A DNA stretch of 53,130 bases, counting the filler, from Jimgerdemannia flammicorona (Eukaryota), in NCBI GenBank assembly GCA_003990765.1. It is 3 parts of 3 records of this genome, joined end to end, with 100 filler letters (N's around TTAATTAATTAA, not from the genome) between each part and the next. Parts side by side here need not be neighbours in the genome. Positions count along the whole stretch, not along the records: positions 1 to 17,646 come from RBNJ01002461.1; 2 more parts are not named here. The stretch is one strand, 5' to 3'. A program made the position numbers and the translations under genes. Shown here piece after piece: positions 1 through 12,386 of the stretch. The stretch's first letter is position 1. Every line of letters begins with the position of its first letter. The notes below the pieces were generated by a model. It did no database searches and was not told where the DNA came from. It saw nothing but the letters and a program-made list of their open reading frames with translations.

Positions 1-217
1 AGAACAACCTTTTGCTATATTTTCTGAGATCCGCAGAGTTGGGACTCAAGTTGAAGACATCGACGGCGATAGATCGACCTTCTTGGATTTTTTGAAGGTT
101 GAAAGAATGGCTTTCAACGAACTGAGATAGATGATGATCAGCGGCGGAAACCTTGACACGGACTCTGGTTTCTTTGGGATTGGCGCTATTAGTATCCTTT
201 GACAAGGATATTAGCAT
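1..217 (-). CDS. Probable host gene exon running off the window edge (MLISLSK/DTNSANPKETRVRVKVSAADHHLSQFVESHSFNLQKIQEGRSIAVDVFNLSPNSADLRKYSKRLF...), product unknown
   Basis: Stop-free minus frame from ATG at 217 to base 1. Alternatively an exon starting at 196 after a GCTAAT branch site and AAAG acceptor. CpG-rich, unlike the surrounding TEs. Confidence 0.4.
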   Translation of the reverse strand, partial: MLISLSKDTNSANPKETRVRVKVSAADHHLSQFVESHSFNLQKIQEGRSIAVDVFNLSPNSADLRKYSKRLF

Positions 218-829
218 ATTGAGATTGTGTTGGTGTGTGTTGGTGTTCTCCAGTTTGACGGAAAACTGATTCGCCGAGTCTATCCTTTTCGGGTTAAACC
301 CGGTTTGGGTTTATTTATCCACCCTCACATGGTCGCTCATAAGACAAAGAGAACTACTATTATTTTTTGTATTCGATTTATTCCCTTCACCATTTCCTGT
401 ACCTCCCAACATATCGACACACCAACATAGTCGTACTTTGGGGTCCCTCATGATCATTTCCCCCTACCCTCATCAGCTTTATCGGTACTTAAGATAATCG
501 TCCAACCTCTCCATCGTATCCGAACACCTCTCTGTATCCGAACACGAACAGGCCGAACTTCACGGTGCGACCGCCATCCAAAATATTTCTTCACGCAAAA
601 AAACCAAAGATCTCCCGAGACACGACATGACCCCACTGCAGCTTCTTCTATGCCAGTATCTTCTTGTGCTCCTGCAAGCCCACGAAATCCATGTAGGTCA
701 AAAGCCCCCGAGGAAACGATCTGTGTGGATGTGCGTGTGTATGTTGGGGTAATACGATACCAGGAACGGGTTTTATCAACGGGAGGAAGAGCCGAGAAAA
801 TAATGCTGTTGAGATTCATACTGGAGTGT

Positions 830-3118
830 GATTTCCTCTTTGAGACATTGGAGTATTGTTTATCTTGAGATGTAGCATGTGAACTGTGGATATAAATATT
901 TTCTATTTGATCATCTATATGCATATTTGTTGTCCTCAATATGCTGGTGCTCAGACATTTTCATATCTAGGTTGTCAGGGGTTGCAGTTTCTTTACTGAT
1001 TCAGCAATATGATCAATTCCATATTATTTGATAAATTCAAACTTGTTGGGATATATGGAGAAAAAGACATCCTTCATTTCATTAAGTTTTCTGATACTAT
1101 CATACATATGCTGAATTGTCTGATTAGTCTGAATAGGTAATGAAGCACTGTAGAAGAATTCCAGAAAATGTCACATTGGATCTGGTATATTAATTCCATT
1201 GTGTTGAAATGGAAAGATACCATGAGCATAAGGCAGAAATATTTTCACAGTATGCTGCTGTCATTTGTGAGAGATTAGATAAACCATTAGAAAAATATTT
1301 CAAGCCCGAAAATTGAGGAATCATTATGATCTGCATGTCAAACTCAGAGAGGATAGCTGTAGATATGTATAGTGAGTCATATGTTTAATAGACAAGCTTA
1401 TCAAACCAATTCACCATATGTTCCCAGACTCTCTTTTTATACTAATGAAGAAGGTCAGGTGTAATATACTGATAAATATCTATCTTAGAAATTTCCCAAA
1501 GAGAGTTCTTTATTGTAACTAAGCTAGTATCTTTGAGAGTCTGCTCTGCTTCTTATTGTTTTTCTATATGGTATAGTTCAATAGCAGCTTGAACTGTAGC
1601 TTTCATATATGTAATCATATATAAGTGATGTTGAATTCCAATCTTTGCCCAATCTTCTTTTAATATTAGATATTGTGAATATTCTTAGCTCTAGTAAATA
1701 AGACATATCTGATATATTTCAGGATAGTCAACAGCAAATGAATAAAGGAGATGAAAGTAATATCTATATCTGCTATCAGAACACTTGATGAATTCATCAT
1801 TATAGCTAGCAATTTTCAATATATCCAAAAGATAGGATATACATATATATCAAAAGTGACATTTTGTATTCTTAAAAGTAGGCTTGCTATACTTTGGAGA
1901 ACTCTCTTCAAGAATAGAAAAATGTGTAATAATAATATATATATGATCTGAATATTATCACCAGTATTCTTTACAGATATTTCCAATTATAAGATAGATA
2001 GGATAAGCCTTTTGATGACTAAGAATATTCAAATGAGTTTTGTCTACAGAGAGTAGTATTGGAATAACAGTTGTATCCATAATAGCAATAGAATCCAATA
2101 TTTGCCACCAGTAATTACTCTAGTAAAGTTCACTATAATAGCTATCTCTATTTTGATTATTTATAATCATAGGCCAATATTCCATACAGTCTTAAAAACA
2201 TAGACTTGCAAGAAGCTTATAGATAGTATCTATTGGATTGTGAAAATAAAGTATATAGCATCTAGTCTATAATTCTTCTTTATGATTAACAATCCAGTAT
2301 TTGTATAGAATGACTATAAATAAGAATAATTAATAAAATTATATTTAAATTAAAAGATATAATTATAAAAATATATATAATTAACTTACCATTAAGAGCT
2401 TTGCAGAATCCATGATCTCATACATTTCTTTTATATTTTGAAACTGAATAGAATTACTTAGAATTAGTCACTTACTTGCAATAGCTTTGAGTAATTTATC
2501 TCCAGCTAAATTAGATAATTTGCCTTTATGAAAAATAAAATCAGTAAGTCAAAATTCCTCTTCATTGTTGAAAAGGTATCAGCAATTAACAGATAATACT
2601 GAGAGTCCACTATTAGGTTAAGAAAAAACATTACTACTGTATAAATGAGAAGTAGCCTTAAATGAGTTTGATGAAATATTATCTGAAATGCTATACTTAG
2701 ACAGTAGATCATCATCCTTCTCTCCATCGTCATCTTTACTATATAAATTACAATTATCACTAGATATCTCACTAAGCTCTGTTTCAGTTTCCCATATATT
2801 GAAGTTCTTAGAAAAAAATCATAATTCAACAGCTTCATCAGACTGTGTAGACTCTTCAGAAAGGCTGTGCTATCAGTTTTCATCTGGATTGTTGTCTGGT
2901 TTGTCTACCATATCATGAAGAGAGTAATTGTCTACAAGCTCAATAATATCTGACAAGATATCAATAGACAAAGATGGATCTATACTAGGACTCAGGAGAA
3001 GCTCTATGATATCTGTCACAATTCTAATAAGCAAATATAGATCAGTACTAGGGCCTAGAGGAAGAGTGTGATTATGCCTTAACCTGTAGATATTGTGTTC
3101 ATAATTATCAATATTCAA
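830..3118 (-). pseudogene. Plavaka-type (CACTA-related) transposase, decayed, with an intron at about 2320-2390
   Basis: Manual minus-strand translation gives Plavaka motifs in the correct order: FNNEEEF*LTDF..LSNLAGDKLL, LYFHNPIDTI, YSELY*SNYWW, TVIPILLSVDKTHL..KAYPIYLIIGNI, VDYPE, PDLLH*YKKRVWEHMVNW, IPQFSGLKYFSNGLSNLSQMT, PDNLD..SEHQHIEDNKYAYR*SNRK. Many stop codons. GTAAGT donor near 2389. Confidence 0.85.
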
Positions 3119-3237
3119 ATAATGGGAGAGATCAGATTGTATGGTAAAGTATCTGCTTTATCTGGGATATAATATATATATAGCTATCATAATATCTTAG
3201 TGGTATGGTTGAATCAGTATGAAGGTATCTGCTCCAA

Positions 3238-3430
3238 ACGAAGATAGGATGAGATAGATAAAATGAGATAAATGATGCAAAATGAAAGTAGGCAAGATGT
3301 GACAAACAGGTAAGATAAGACAAAACCAAGTGAGAAAAGATAGACAAAATGAGAATAAGTAGAAAGAAGTGAGATGAAAGTAGATAAAAACAGGTGGTGG
3401 TGAGAATTGATGAGATACAAGCAAGAAGAG
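3238..3430. repeat. Degenerate ~5-bp periodic purine-rich repeat (GAYRA-like)
   Basis: Runs such as gatga gatag ataaa atgag ataaa; taaga taaga caaaa ccaag. Confidence 0.5.
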
Positions 3431-3489
3431 ACTAATGTTCTGATTATACTTATCAAAACTAAGCATTGCTTTGTTCCAGACCATTTCAG

Positions 3490-3665
3490 AGTTGGTTTCT
3501 GCCATCCTAAAAGCATTGGTGTACTTTATTTTGTCTTAAACATGGGTTTATCCATGTGAATTTCCTTCTGTCTAAGATATATATATATGAGAAATTTTAT
3601 ATAAAATATGGTAATAAAAGAACATCTCAACTCCCATGAAGTCCCTTAGCCATTTTGAAAGCTTA
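3490..3665. repeat. DIRS left inverted terminal repeat
   Basis: agttggtttctgccatcc...ctttattttgtcttaaacatgggttta...tctaagatatatatatatgag...gaaagctt is the reverse complement of 8036-8207, with mostly transition mismatches. Confidence 0.9.
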
Positions 3666-3719
3666 GTAGTTTGCCTCTTCTTGTGACCACAGAATCTTTT
3701 CTTAGTATGTTACTATGAG

Positions 3720-4710
3720 TAATGAATAATGCCTTCAACAACAACAGGCTGCCCTGGCCAAGCATACCAAGTTTCTTCACCAGATCACCAAGGCTGTTGC
3801 AGTCAGTCTCCACCCTCCTCTGCCAGATCCAGAGATCACAAATCAGTGTGACCAACAATGCCTCATCAACACCCTTTTCCTTTGATATTCCTGACATTCC
3901 ATCTCTGTGGTCCTTGGACTCAATGGGAATTCTGATAGTATGGACCTCTATGATGATGCCAATAGCAGTAATGATGAATTTCTCACAGCATCTAAGTCTT
4001 GGGCCATCGGGAGATATCATGTATCCCACACCATTCCACCAGAATGCATCAAAGCACACCACACCTCTCCTCCACCAGTTTCAAGAAACTCCTCCATTGA
4101 AACCCTGAACCCAAACAGAGTGTTCTCTACACCCCCTCTATTGATGAAGTATTCACAGACAATTTCAGCAAATCTGCCAAAGAAGCAGACAAGGTTCTTG
4201 CTGACACCCAATGAGCAATCTACAACACTCTCCAGCCCATTGCCATCACCCTCCAGGCCCTCAAACCTCACTCCAATGGAGCCGATCTCTACCACCATGG
4301 GCTGGTCCACAATGCTGTCATTCTCCCTTTGGTGGAAAAACTGCAAGACTCTCTCCAGATCAGATTCCATGAAGCAGAACATATCTATATCTGCTGCCGC
4401 ATCAAACTTGCCAAATCCACAGGATAGTCACCCACCCTCATCTCTGCCTGCCATACAGTGGCTTCTGGCTCCAAGTATAATAGCAATCTGTTCAGCACCA
4501 AATTCACCCAGTGTTTTTACAATGATGCCAAACACCACAAGCACCTCCTCATGGTCAAGACAACCTCCAAACCAAGAGGTAATCTAGCCCCATCCTATGG
4601 CCCGAATGGTCAGGGCCAGGGAAATGGGTCCTGGGGTAGCCACTGCCCTAACTATCAAAATTCTCAACAACAGAGCTCCTGGAACCGCACTCCAAGTATA
4701 TACAGCTGAG
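3720..4710 (+). pseudogene. DIRS gag-like ORF1 (fragmented)
   Basis: Lies between the left ITR and RT; fragmented S/P/Q-rich frames. Assigned by position only. Confidence 0.5.
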
Positions 4711-4869
4711 GAGGTTCCCAGTACTGAGCTCTGAATCCAGGCAACAGTGTGTTGACACCTGCCACTCAACTCTGAAGGATCAATTGATCTACCATACCAT
4801 TGCCCCCAAGACCTCGAATATTATCTCAAAGGAGGGGCATGATTAGCCCAGGTCCTTGAGACTGTTTGG

Positions 4870-6620
4870 ATGACCCTGGGCATCGACTGCTGGTCCATTG
4901 ATATAGTCTATGGTAAGAACCACATTGAATGGTTACAACCCCCAACCCCACTCCAGACCAAACCCAGGTTCTCCTACAAGAAGAACATGTCAGTGATGGA
5001 GAAGGCTCTGGTAGATGCCACCATCACCAAGTTCCAGGACAAGGAGGCCATCTACCCTACCTAGGAGGGAGAGCTGCTCTTCTTCTCCAACATCTTCACA
5101 ATCCCCCAGGTCGACAAGAACCAAGCCTACCTCAATGTCCATTCGCTGAATGAGTTTATGAGGCAATTGTACTTCAAGATAGAAGGTATCCAGACTCTAT
5201 GCCATATGGTCTGGCCCAGTGACCACCTTGTCAAGATCGACATAAAGGATGCCTACCTACACATTCCCTTACATCTAGCCAATCAACAGTTCCTCACCTT
5301 TCAGTGGTGGAAGATCAACTGAAAATTCCATGCTATACCATTTGGCCTGTCATCTGCCCCGCACATCTGGACGAAGATGATGGCAGCAGTTCTGGAGCCT
5401 CTCCGAGCAAGGGGCATCCAGCTCACCTATTACATTGATAACATATGTCTCCTGGCCTCTACAAGAGATGAAGTGCTCCAACATGGGAGGATCATTCATG
5501 ACTATCTGGAGACATTGGGCTTTCTTCTACACCCAATGAAATGCATATGGGAACCAATGCAACAACAGATATTCCTGGGGTTCCTGGTCAATACCATCAA
5601 TATGGAACTCCACTTACTTATGGACAAGGTATGCAAGATCCGCAAAGAAACTGCATCTCTCCTCTGCCTGCCAACCGTGATCTCCATATACAAGGTGGCA
5701 TCACTGGTAGGTCTTTGCAACTCTATAGTATAGGTGATCTTTCCAGCCCAGTTTCGAGTATAGTCCCTCATTCAGAACATCCAGGACTCCCTCAATGCCA
5801 ACAACCACAACTGGAATGGTCTCATGTTCATCTCTCCAACATCTCAGGAGGACCTCCATTGGTGGTCCCTCAAGCTCTCCAGCTGGAATGGCTGGTCCCT
5901 ACTTACCGAATACCCCAAGGTCACAGTTGATACAGATGTTAGCAACCTAGGTTGGAGCTTCAAAATCACTGCTTTCATGTCCACCAGCCAAGCGATGCAG
6001 CAAGTGATAGACACTTGGACCTCTGTGGAATGATGCCACTCCATCAACTATCATGAACTCAAGACAGTCCTGTTCACACTCCAGATCAACAACTGCCATT
6101 GGGAGGGCTGTATGGTCCTTATTTGGACAGACAATATGACCATGAGGGCTTTCATCAATAAGCAAGGGGGCTTTCTCCTCCACCTGAACAAGATCACTGC
6201 CAAGATACACCACATCTGCATGATAAGGAGGATATGCCTCTTTGCCAAATACATTCCCAGGATCGAAAACATGTGTGCTGATTTTCTGAGCCACATCCGC
6301 CCCAGCCCAGACAAATGGCAACTCAATCCAATGATATTCTATCATCTCCTCCATTGGGGTCCCATATACCTGGACCTCTTCATGTCATTGACAACAACCC
6401 AGACCCCCCTCTTCTACAGCTGGTGGGCAGACCCTGAGGCCCTGGACACTGATGCTTTCCAACCTCAATGGCCAATCTCTGGTGCTTATGCAAACCCACC
6501 ATAGATTCTCCTCAACCACACACTGTGCAAGGTCAAGGAGAACAGATGTACTTACCTAGTCCTCATTATGCCATTTTGACAATAACAGAGCTGGTGGCCC
6601 AAACTCCTGAAAATGGCAAC
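4870..6620 (+). pseudogene. DIRS RT - RNase H - DNA N6-adenine-MTase-like ORF
   Basis: RT: KIDIKDAYLHIPL, FHAIPFGLSSAPHIWTK, YYIDN (YIDD-type). RNase H: VDTDVSNLGW, INYHELKTV, IWTDNMT, YIPRIENMCADFLS. MTase-like: DLFMS..FYSW..DAF..W..YANPP* ..LVLIMPF..SWWPKLL. In-frame stops present. Confidence 0.88.
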
Positions 6621-6739
6621 CACTCTCCCCATTCTCCTTCCTTATTATCTCCTGATGACAATGACGATGATGATGATGACACAGATGACACACTGGGATG
6701 CCCTGGTATGGTGAATCAGCGGCGATCTCCTGATACTGC

Positions 6740-7670
6740 AGTGCTGGCCCCACAGGCTCGCAAACTCATCCAGGCCAGCACACAGACATCCTCATGCAAG
6801 AACTATGAGTCAGCATACCAACACTTTGTCCATTGGTACCATCAATAACATATTGATCCCTTATGAGCTTCTACTAAGCAATACACTAACTGCTTAGCTC
6901 AGCTTTTCAAGGAAGGGATGAGCATGCATCAGCTTTGGAGTGTCTGTACCGCCATTGGCTGGTGGACCCCCATGATGAATGGTGTTTGTTTCTCCAACCT
7001 TTCAACCATCTTCCATCTAATCTGGGGTGCTGTGAATCTTTGACCCCCTCCCTCAAAAGACAAGGCTGCCTGATGGGACGTTGCCACTCTTATTCAGTGG
7101 CTAGCTTCCCTGGGCCCCTACAACTCCATCCAGTGATATATACTCCATGGTAAGAAAACATATGCTCTTCTCCCCCTATATATCTCCTGGTAGGTGGCGA
7201 GTGATTTTGTGAAATACTGGGCGACTGTTAGTTTTTGTGGTGGCATTGGCAATTGGCCTGCTGAAATGGTCCTGACTGCCAACATGACAAAGGAATGCAC
7301 CCCTGATGTTACCACCAAGATCTCCTGTCCCATTCCAGCCCTCTTAGAGGACAAGAATATGTGCCCTGTATATTGAGTTTTCTGCTGGACACATGAGATA
7401 GATCCCCTCTGCCCATGGACAAACAGCAACTGCCTGTTCATCAGTATATGCTCTCACCATCACAACCTTATACCTGACTGCCTTTGAAATTGGTTTTCTG
7501 AATGCATGGTGGCTGTGGGCATTGATCCGGTTCATTGCCCTCACTCTGTTCAGGCTGAATCCTCCACCGAAGCCCTGGAAGGAGGTATACCCATCAATAA
7601 AGTCCTCGAGAGTGGCAATTGGAGTTCCAAAACTACATTTGAATGTCACTATCATCTACTATACCAGATG
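6740..7670 (+). pseudogene. DIRS tyrosine recombinase
   Basis: N-terminal SSCKNYESAYQHFVHW; (R)ASD box near 7197; C-terminal HSVQAESSTEALEGGIPINKVLESGNWSSKTTFECHY (HSxR...GxWSS..TF..HY, with R>Q). Confidence 0.85.
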
Positions 7671-7794
7671 CCAGTCCTTTCACAATCTGCTCAGACCACT
7701 TCCCTCATTTATATGGTCCTCAAACATAAGAGTAAAGTCATGGCCATTGGTGCACCCCTGGCCAGACACTCCACTCATATCAGATCTACAAATA

Positions 7795-7912
7795 ACCAAC
7801 TCTGAAATGGTCTGGAATAAAGTGATGCTTAGTCCTGGATAGATGAGGCACTGTAGGTGCCAAAGTCTGTCCCAGACTTTGCAAGTTTTGGGAGGACCAT
7901 AAAGAGTTGGTT
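7795..7912. repeat. DIRS internal complementary region (ICR)
   Basis: 7795-7841 is the reverse complement of the left end (3451-3495). 7841-7912 is the reverse complement of the right end (8200-8275). Confidence 0.9.
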
Positions 7913-8035
7913 TCCCACTCATTCTCGACCCTTCTTTCATTTTTCTTTGGGTATATTTCATTTTTCCATTTTTGGCTGTACTTTGCCAGCTGGTTTTTTC
8001 CTATATTTCCCTTCAGGTGTTCCTGGCTCACATGT

Positions 8036-8207
8036 CAAGCTTTCTAGGCTAAGAGACTCTATGGGAGTCAAGACATTCTTTTATTACCATGTTTTATATG
8101 AAATATCTCATATATATATATCTTAGACAGAAGGAAATTTGCATAGGTAAACCCATGTTTAAGACAAAATAAAGCATGCCAATGCTTTCAGAATAGCAGA
8201 ACCAACT
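8036..8207. repeat. DIRS right inverted terminal repeat
   Basis: Reverse complement of 3490-3665. Confidence 0.9.
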
Positions 8208-8554
8208 TTTCACAGTCCTCCCAAAGCTTTTAAAGTCTGGGACAGACTTTAGTACCTATGGTGCCTCGGCCATCTGGGAATAGATGGTAGATAGAGATTT
8301 TATAAGGTGATGAATAACAGATATAATTATGTCATTTAAGTTATAAGATAGTCATATAATAACAATATGATCTTGTTTACTTACAAATATATTACCAAAA
8401 ACTTATAGTCAGAAGATAGATACCAAAAAAACTTCTCAAGGATACAAGAAGACATCTTCTATAAATTTTGATGAGTAATCTCTGACATGCAGTACTGCAG
8501 CTCTCCCCACCTTGTCTACTTAACAAAATAGACAAAATTCATAAGGACAAATAT

Positions 8555-8725
8555 ACCAAGGTTAAACTCATAGAGATCAAACTCACTAAGGTCAAACATG
8601 CCAAGATCAAACTTGCAGAGATTGAACTCACAGAGATCAAACTTGCAGAGATCAAACTTATAGAGATCAAACTTATAGAGATTGAACTCACTAATATTAC
8701 ACTCACCAAGCTTAGACTTACTAAG
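8555..8725. repeat. 15-bp tandem repeat (AGAGATCAAACTTRY-like, about 9-11 units)
   Basis: cagagatcaaacttg cagagatcaaactta tagagatcaaactta tagagattgaactca; appears as (K/E)FDL(C/Y) repeats in the ORF track. Confidence 0.8.
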
Positions 8726-8799
8726 GTACATAGAGGTAAGAATACAATAGGACCTACTCTTCTGAAATCTTACCCACAACTAATTCTCACCATTTGTCA

Positions 8800-10843
8800 T
8801 CATACTACATCTCTTCCTATAGATAATTAGATAGACTACCAATACTGTAAAGTGATGCAGAATAATATTTAATGAGAGAGATACTGATATAAAAGATGTG
8901 GGCATAGACAGAAATGACAACAAGAGTGAGAATGATGAGAATATGAATGTAGATGATGAAACTGATACTAAAATATTCAATAATAAAAATATCACTATTG
9001 GCCTTATGATCTCAGATACAATCTCACCTTCCAGTAATTATTCTGAGAGATTCTTTGATAGCAACTACAAACTCACCTCAATATATCACAAGGACTTTCT
9101 CATAGTTACTCCACAACAACTTCAGGAAGCTGTCTTAAAGAAGATACAAAATATTATTACAAACTTACCTTCTATCAAAATGAATATTAAAGGGTAAATA
9201 TATATATATATATATTATTTAGAAACTGAAACTATGAGAAAGTATACTATATGAACTTACTAAAGATATCTTTATTTTATTTATTTTTCAAAAGCTATAT
9301 ACTATCTAAGCTAAAACAAGAATATTATTTAGATGACAATTAGTGGCTATAGATCTGAACAGATCTCCTACTCTTTCAGATGTGTTATAATCAATTTCCT
9401 CCCTATTGTAGATTTAAGCATGATATGGTTATTGCTAGAATACTGGAGAAGTATGGGTACTCATTGGAAAATAATGAACAGATCTATAAAAAAATATATA
9501 CAAAGGTAAAGATTTATCTATTTAAATTAAGATGAAAGCATATAGACCAAAATAGGTTATAAATGTAAACACTACTGTAAAGTTTATCTAACTCTCCAAC
9601 TGATCTTCTATATATCTTATTTATTTTTAAACCTTTAGTACCATTAGCAGTTTCCACTCAACTGCATATATATGAAGGAGTACTTGGTGAAAAAACTCAC
9701 TATTCTCTTTTCTAATATCTCTTTCAAGAAAATTACTACTACTCTGATAAACTCTGACCAAAGGAAGGTGGCTGCTAAAATTGCAAATCAGCAATATGAG
9801 GCTATAGAATATCTTGGAGAGCATTATTACTTTCTAGCAAACTATGATGATATTTCCAAAACAATAGTGCTTAAGTTTCATTCGAAATGTATTATAAATG
9901 CAATTGGTCTTCTTTTTACTAGTGGAAAGGTGTGATTCAAAAATACCATAGAAGAGAGATGAGCTGACAGTTCTCCTGCTAGCTATAGTTATCACACTTA
10001 TAAGAATTATCTATATTACTTATTTTATAGCTGATTCATTCTTTTAAATATTATTTATTAATCTTTCTCAATTTTTCAGCTTGAATATCTCATCACTGTT
10101 CATGGGCATCACTACTTGATAGAATCTGAGATCTGTCCATACTATCATACATGGACTACAAAAATTTAGAAAATTATTGCAACTGATCCGAGGTGAATTG
10201 ACTGGGAATTTTTGCTCAAAAAATCACAAGAGGTAGAAAGCACAGTCACAGATGATCCAATTCCACTTCCAATTGGATAAGAAAATACTATCATTCACCT
10301 GCCTGATGAGATTGAGTACTATAAACCACCCCACAATAACACTATTCAGTAATAAATATTTAAAATACCTGATATGATATTGTTCTTTGCATTAAGATTA
10401 ATTGTCACCATTTATTTCTATATTCAAATCCATATCTTTATTAGTAATTACAAATGTAGTATGCTTTTTATGATTTAGTATTCTTTTTTTACCTTTGTAA
10501 TTGCATAAACAGTTTGGTGTTGAATTTCCCAAATCTCTATTCATGTATTAATTTGTCTTTTTCATTTTCAATACCTATATCAGTTGTGAGGTCTGTACTT
10601 GAAGGGGTGTATGTCACAACCATGGCATGCAATATTCCTCCTGATGTGCAAGCTGCGCCAGAGCACTCTCAGTGACTGGAAATGTCACATGATTTTACAC
10701 TCCAAAACAAGCTGCCCAAGATCTGAACCTACATCCACAGATCTGAACCTACACCACATTATTGTTGAACCACCACCGATATTGAAGAGGGAACTGCAGA
10801 GTATACAGTGCCAAGTATGGCTGGGCTTGATGAGAGTATATAG
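8800..10843 (+). pseudogene. Decayed intron-containing gene of unknown product, divergent from the Plavaka transposase and cut by the Gypsy LTR
   Basis: Open stretches at 8898-9194 (ending at a GTAAAT donor), 9640-9935 and about 10580-10840. CpG-depleted like the TEs. No recognisable motif. Confidence 0.35.
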
Positions 10844-12353
10844 TGTGACAAACTGAGGCATACTACCCAAACTATACCTTAGTTGGATGAAGCAAATAAA
10901 TTAGCCAGATGATGTGAACACACAGCATAGTATAACAGACCAAAATATACTACCTGAATTATAACTTAGCCAGATGACGTGAACAATTAGCATACTTACT
11001 CAGCTTGATGTAACTTCCAGTGTATCATAGTAACTCATACCCGCTACACTTATAATTAGCCAAGACACCAGATCAGGATTGTTTACCTGTGTCCTGAGGA
11101 CACACTCATGTCTGGCAGACACACTCATGTCCTGGAGACACACTCATGTCCTGCGGACACACCTGTACCCAGAGGACACACCCAAATATTACCGAAGATA
11201 GCAAATCTATAATTAGCCACATAGTAACCAGATAGCAACCAACTTGTATAAATTACCCCAGAGGCGAGAGTGAATAAAACCTCAGTCCGAATTGAAGTGC
11301 AAATCAAAGAAGTCTCTAAAGATTGAGCAATTGGTCCCCTTATTCCCACTCTGGTCCACTTTCCGATACAAAGAAGAGTTTGTTACATTTTTGGTTCACT
11401 TGCCAGATAAGCCTGAAGATTTGCTGCCTAAGTTCAAGGAGAACTTTGCCACCTTTTGAAGAACCCGCCGCTTAAGGAATAAGCCGCGCTTTTGGTATGC
11501 TTGCCAGATAAGCCTGAAGAATCCCAGTTTCCTGCCAAGTTCAAGGAAGAACTTCGCCACATTCCCAGAAAGCCGCCTTGCCCAAGCCAGTTTCTGATAC
11601 AACTTCGCAGTGATCCATTCGTATAAATGAAGCCAGTCTTTGATGCAACTTTGCCAAGAGATCCTTTCCAAGCCGTCATCTTGTTTCCCAGAAGAACCCC
11701 ACCAATTCAGGAAGAATCTGTATCACCTGCCATTTTGAGTCATCCACTGTATTCCCAGTTGAAACCGATTCAGAAAGAGTCCGTGCCATCCGAGTTAATT
11801 CCCAGTTAAGCCACTGTTTTCAAGAAGTCTGCTGATTCAGGAAGAATCTGTGTCATCTGCCATCCCCAAGTTATTTGCATTCCCAGTGAGCCTAGGAAGA
11901 ATCCGCGCCATACAATTCCCAGTGAGCCAAATCGAGTTGTCCGCCAAATTATCAGAACATCCGCATAAGGAACCCATCGCGCTACACAGAGATCACCACA
12001 CCAAGATCGTCATGCAGAAACCACATAAGGAGAACAGCTAAATTGCCAGATCATCATGCAGAAACCAGAGATCGTCACTCAAGAAGGAAACTGCTCACGC
12101 TACACACAAAATTCTGCCATTCCCAGTTGACCCAAGAAGGAAAAGACGTACAAATCACCGCTACACCCAGAGAACTGTCCCAATAAGGAAATCTCTCACA
12201 GATATCCAGCTTTGACTATTATACTGCTAAACACCAAGGACCTCAGGAATCTTAGGACATTTTGTTGCTTTTTGACAAAGTAACTGAGGGCTCAAGCCAA
12301 ACTACATCAACTCCCAACCTTGTAATTTGCCTCCATTGAGCCGGCACATTACA
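10844..12353 (+). repeat. 5' LTR of copy A (about 1.5 kb)
   Basis: Starts TGTGACAAACT and ends ATTACA. Homologous ends at 23302/21946 (copy B) and 44376/45682 (copy D). TATAAAT near 11247, AATAAA near 11273, 20-bp tandem array at 11085-11180. Confidence 0.88.
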
Positions 12354-12355
12354 TC

Positions 12356-12372
12356 TGGGGGCTCAACTGGGA
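12356..12372 (+). promoter_or_regulatory. Primer binding site, tRNA-Pro type
   Basis: TGGGGGCTCAACTGGGA lies 2 nt after the LTR and resembles the retroviral Pro PBS TGGGGGCTCGTCCGGGA. The same sequence occurs in copy B (21927-21943, minus strand). Confidence 0.8.
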
Positions 12373-12386
12373 AGATTTTAAAATCG

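Larger units (their letters stand above)
3451..8275 (+). mobile_element. DIRS1-type tyrosine-recombinase retrotransposon, full length but mutated
   Basis: Inverted repeats at 3490-3665 and 8036-8207, an internal complementary region at 7795-7912 matching both outer ends, and the gene order gag-like, RT, RNase H, MTase-like, YR. No TSD seen, as expected for YR integration. Confidence 0.93.

Noticed and set aside
454..939. 161-aa minus-strand ORF as a gene
   Set aside because: It straddles an off-frame Plavaka tail and CpG-rich non-TE DNA and has no coherent motif.
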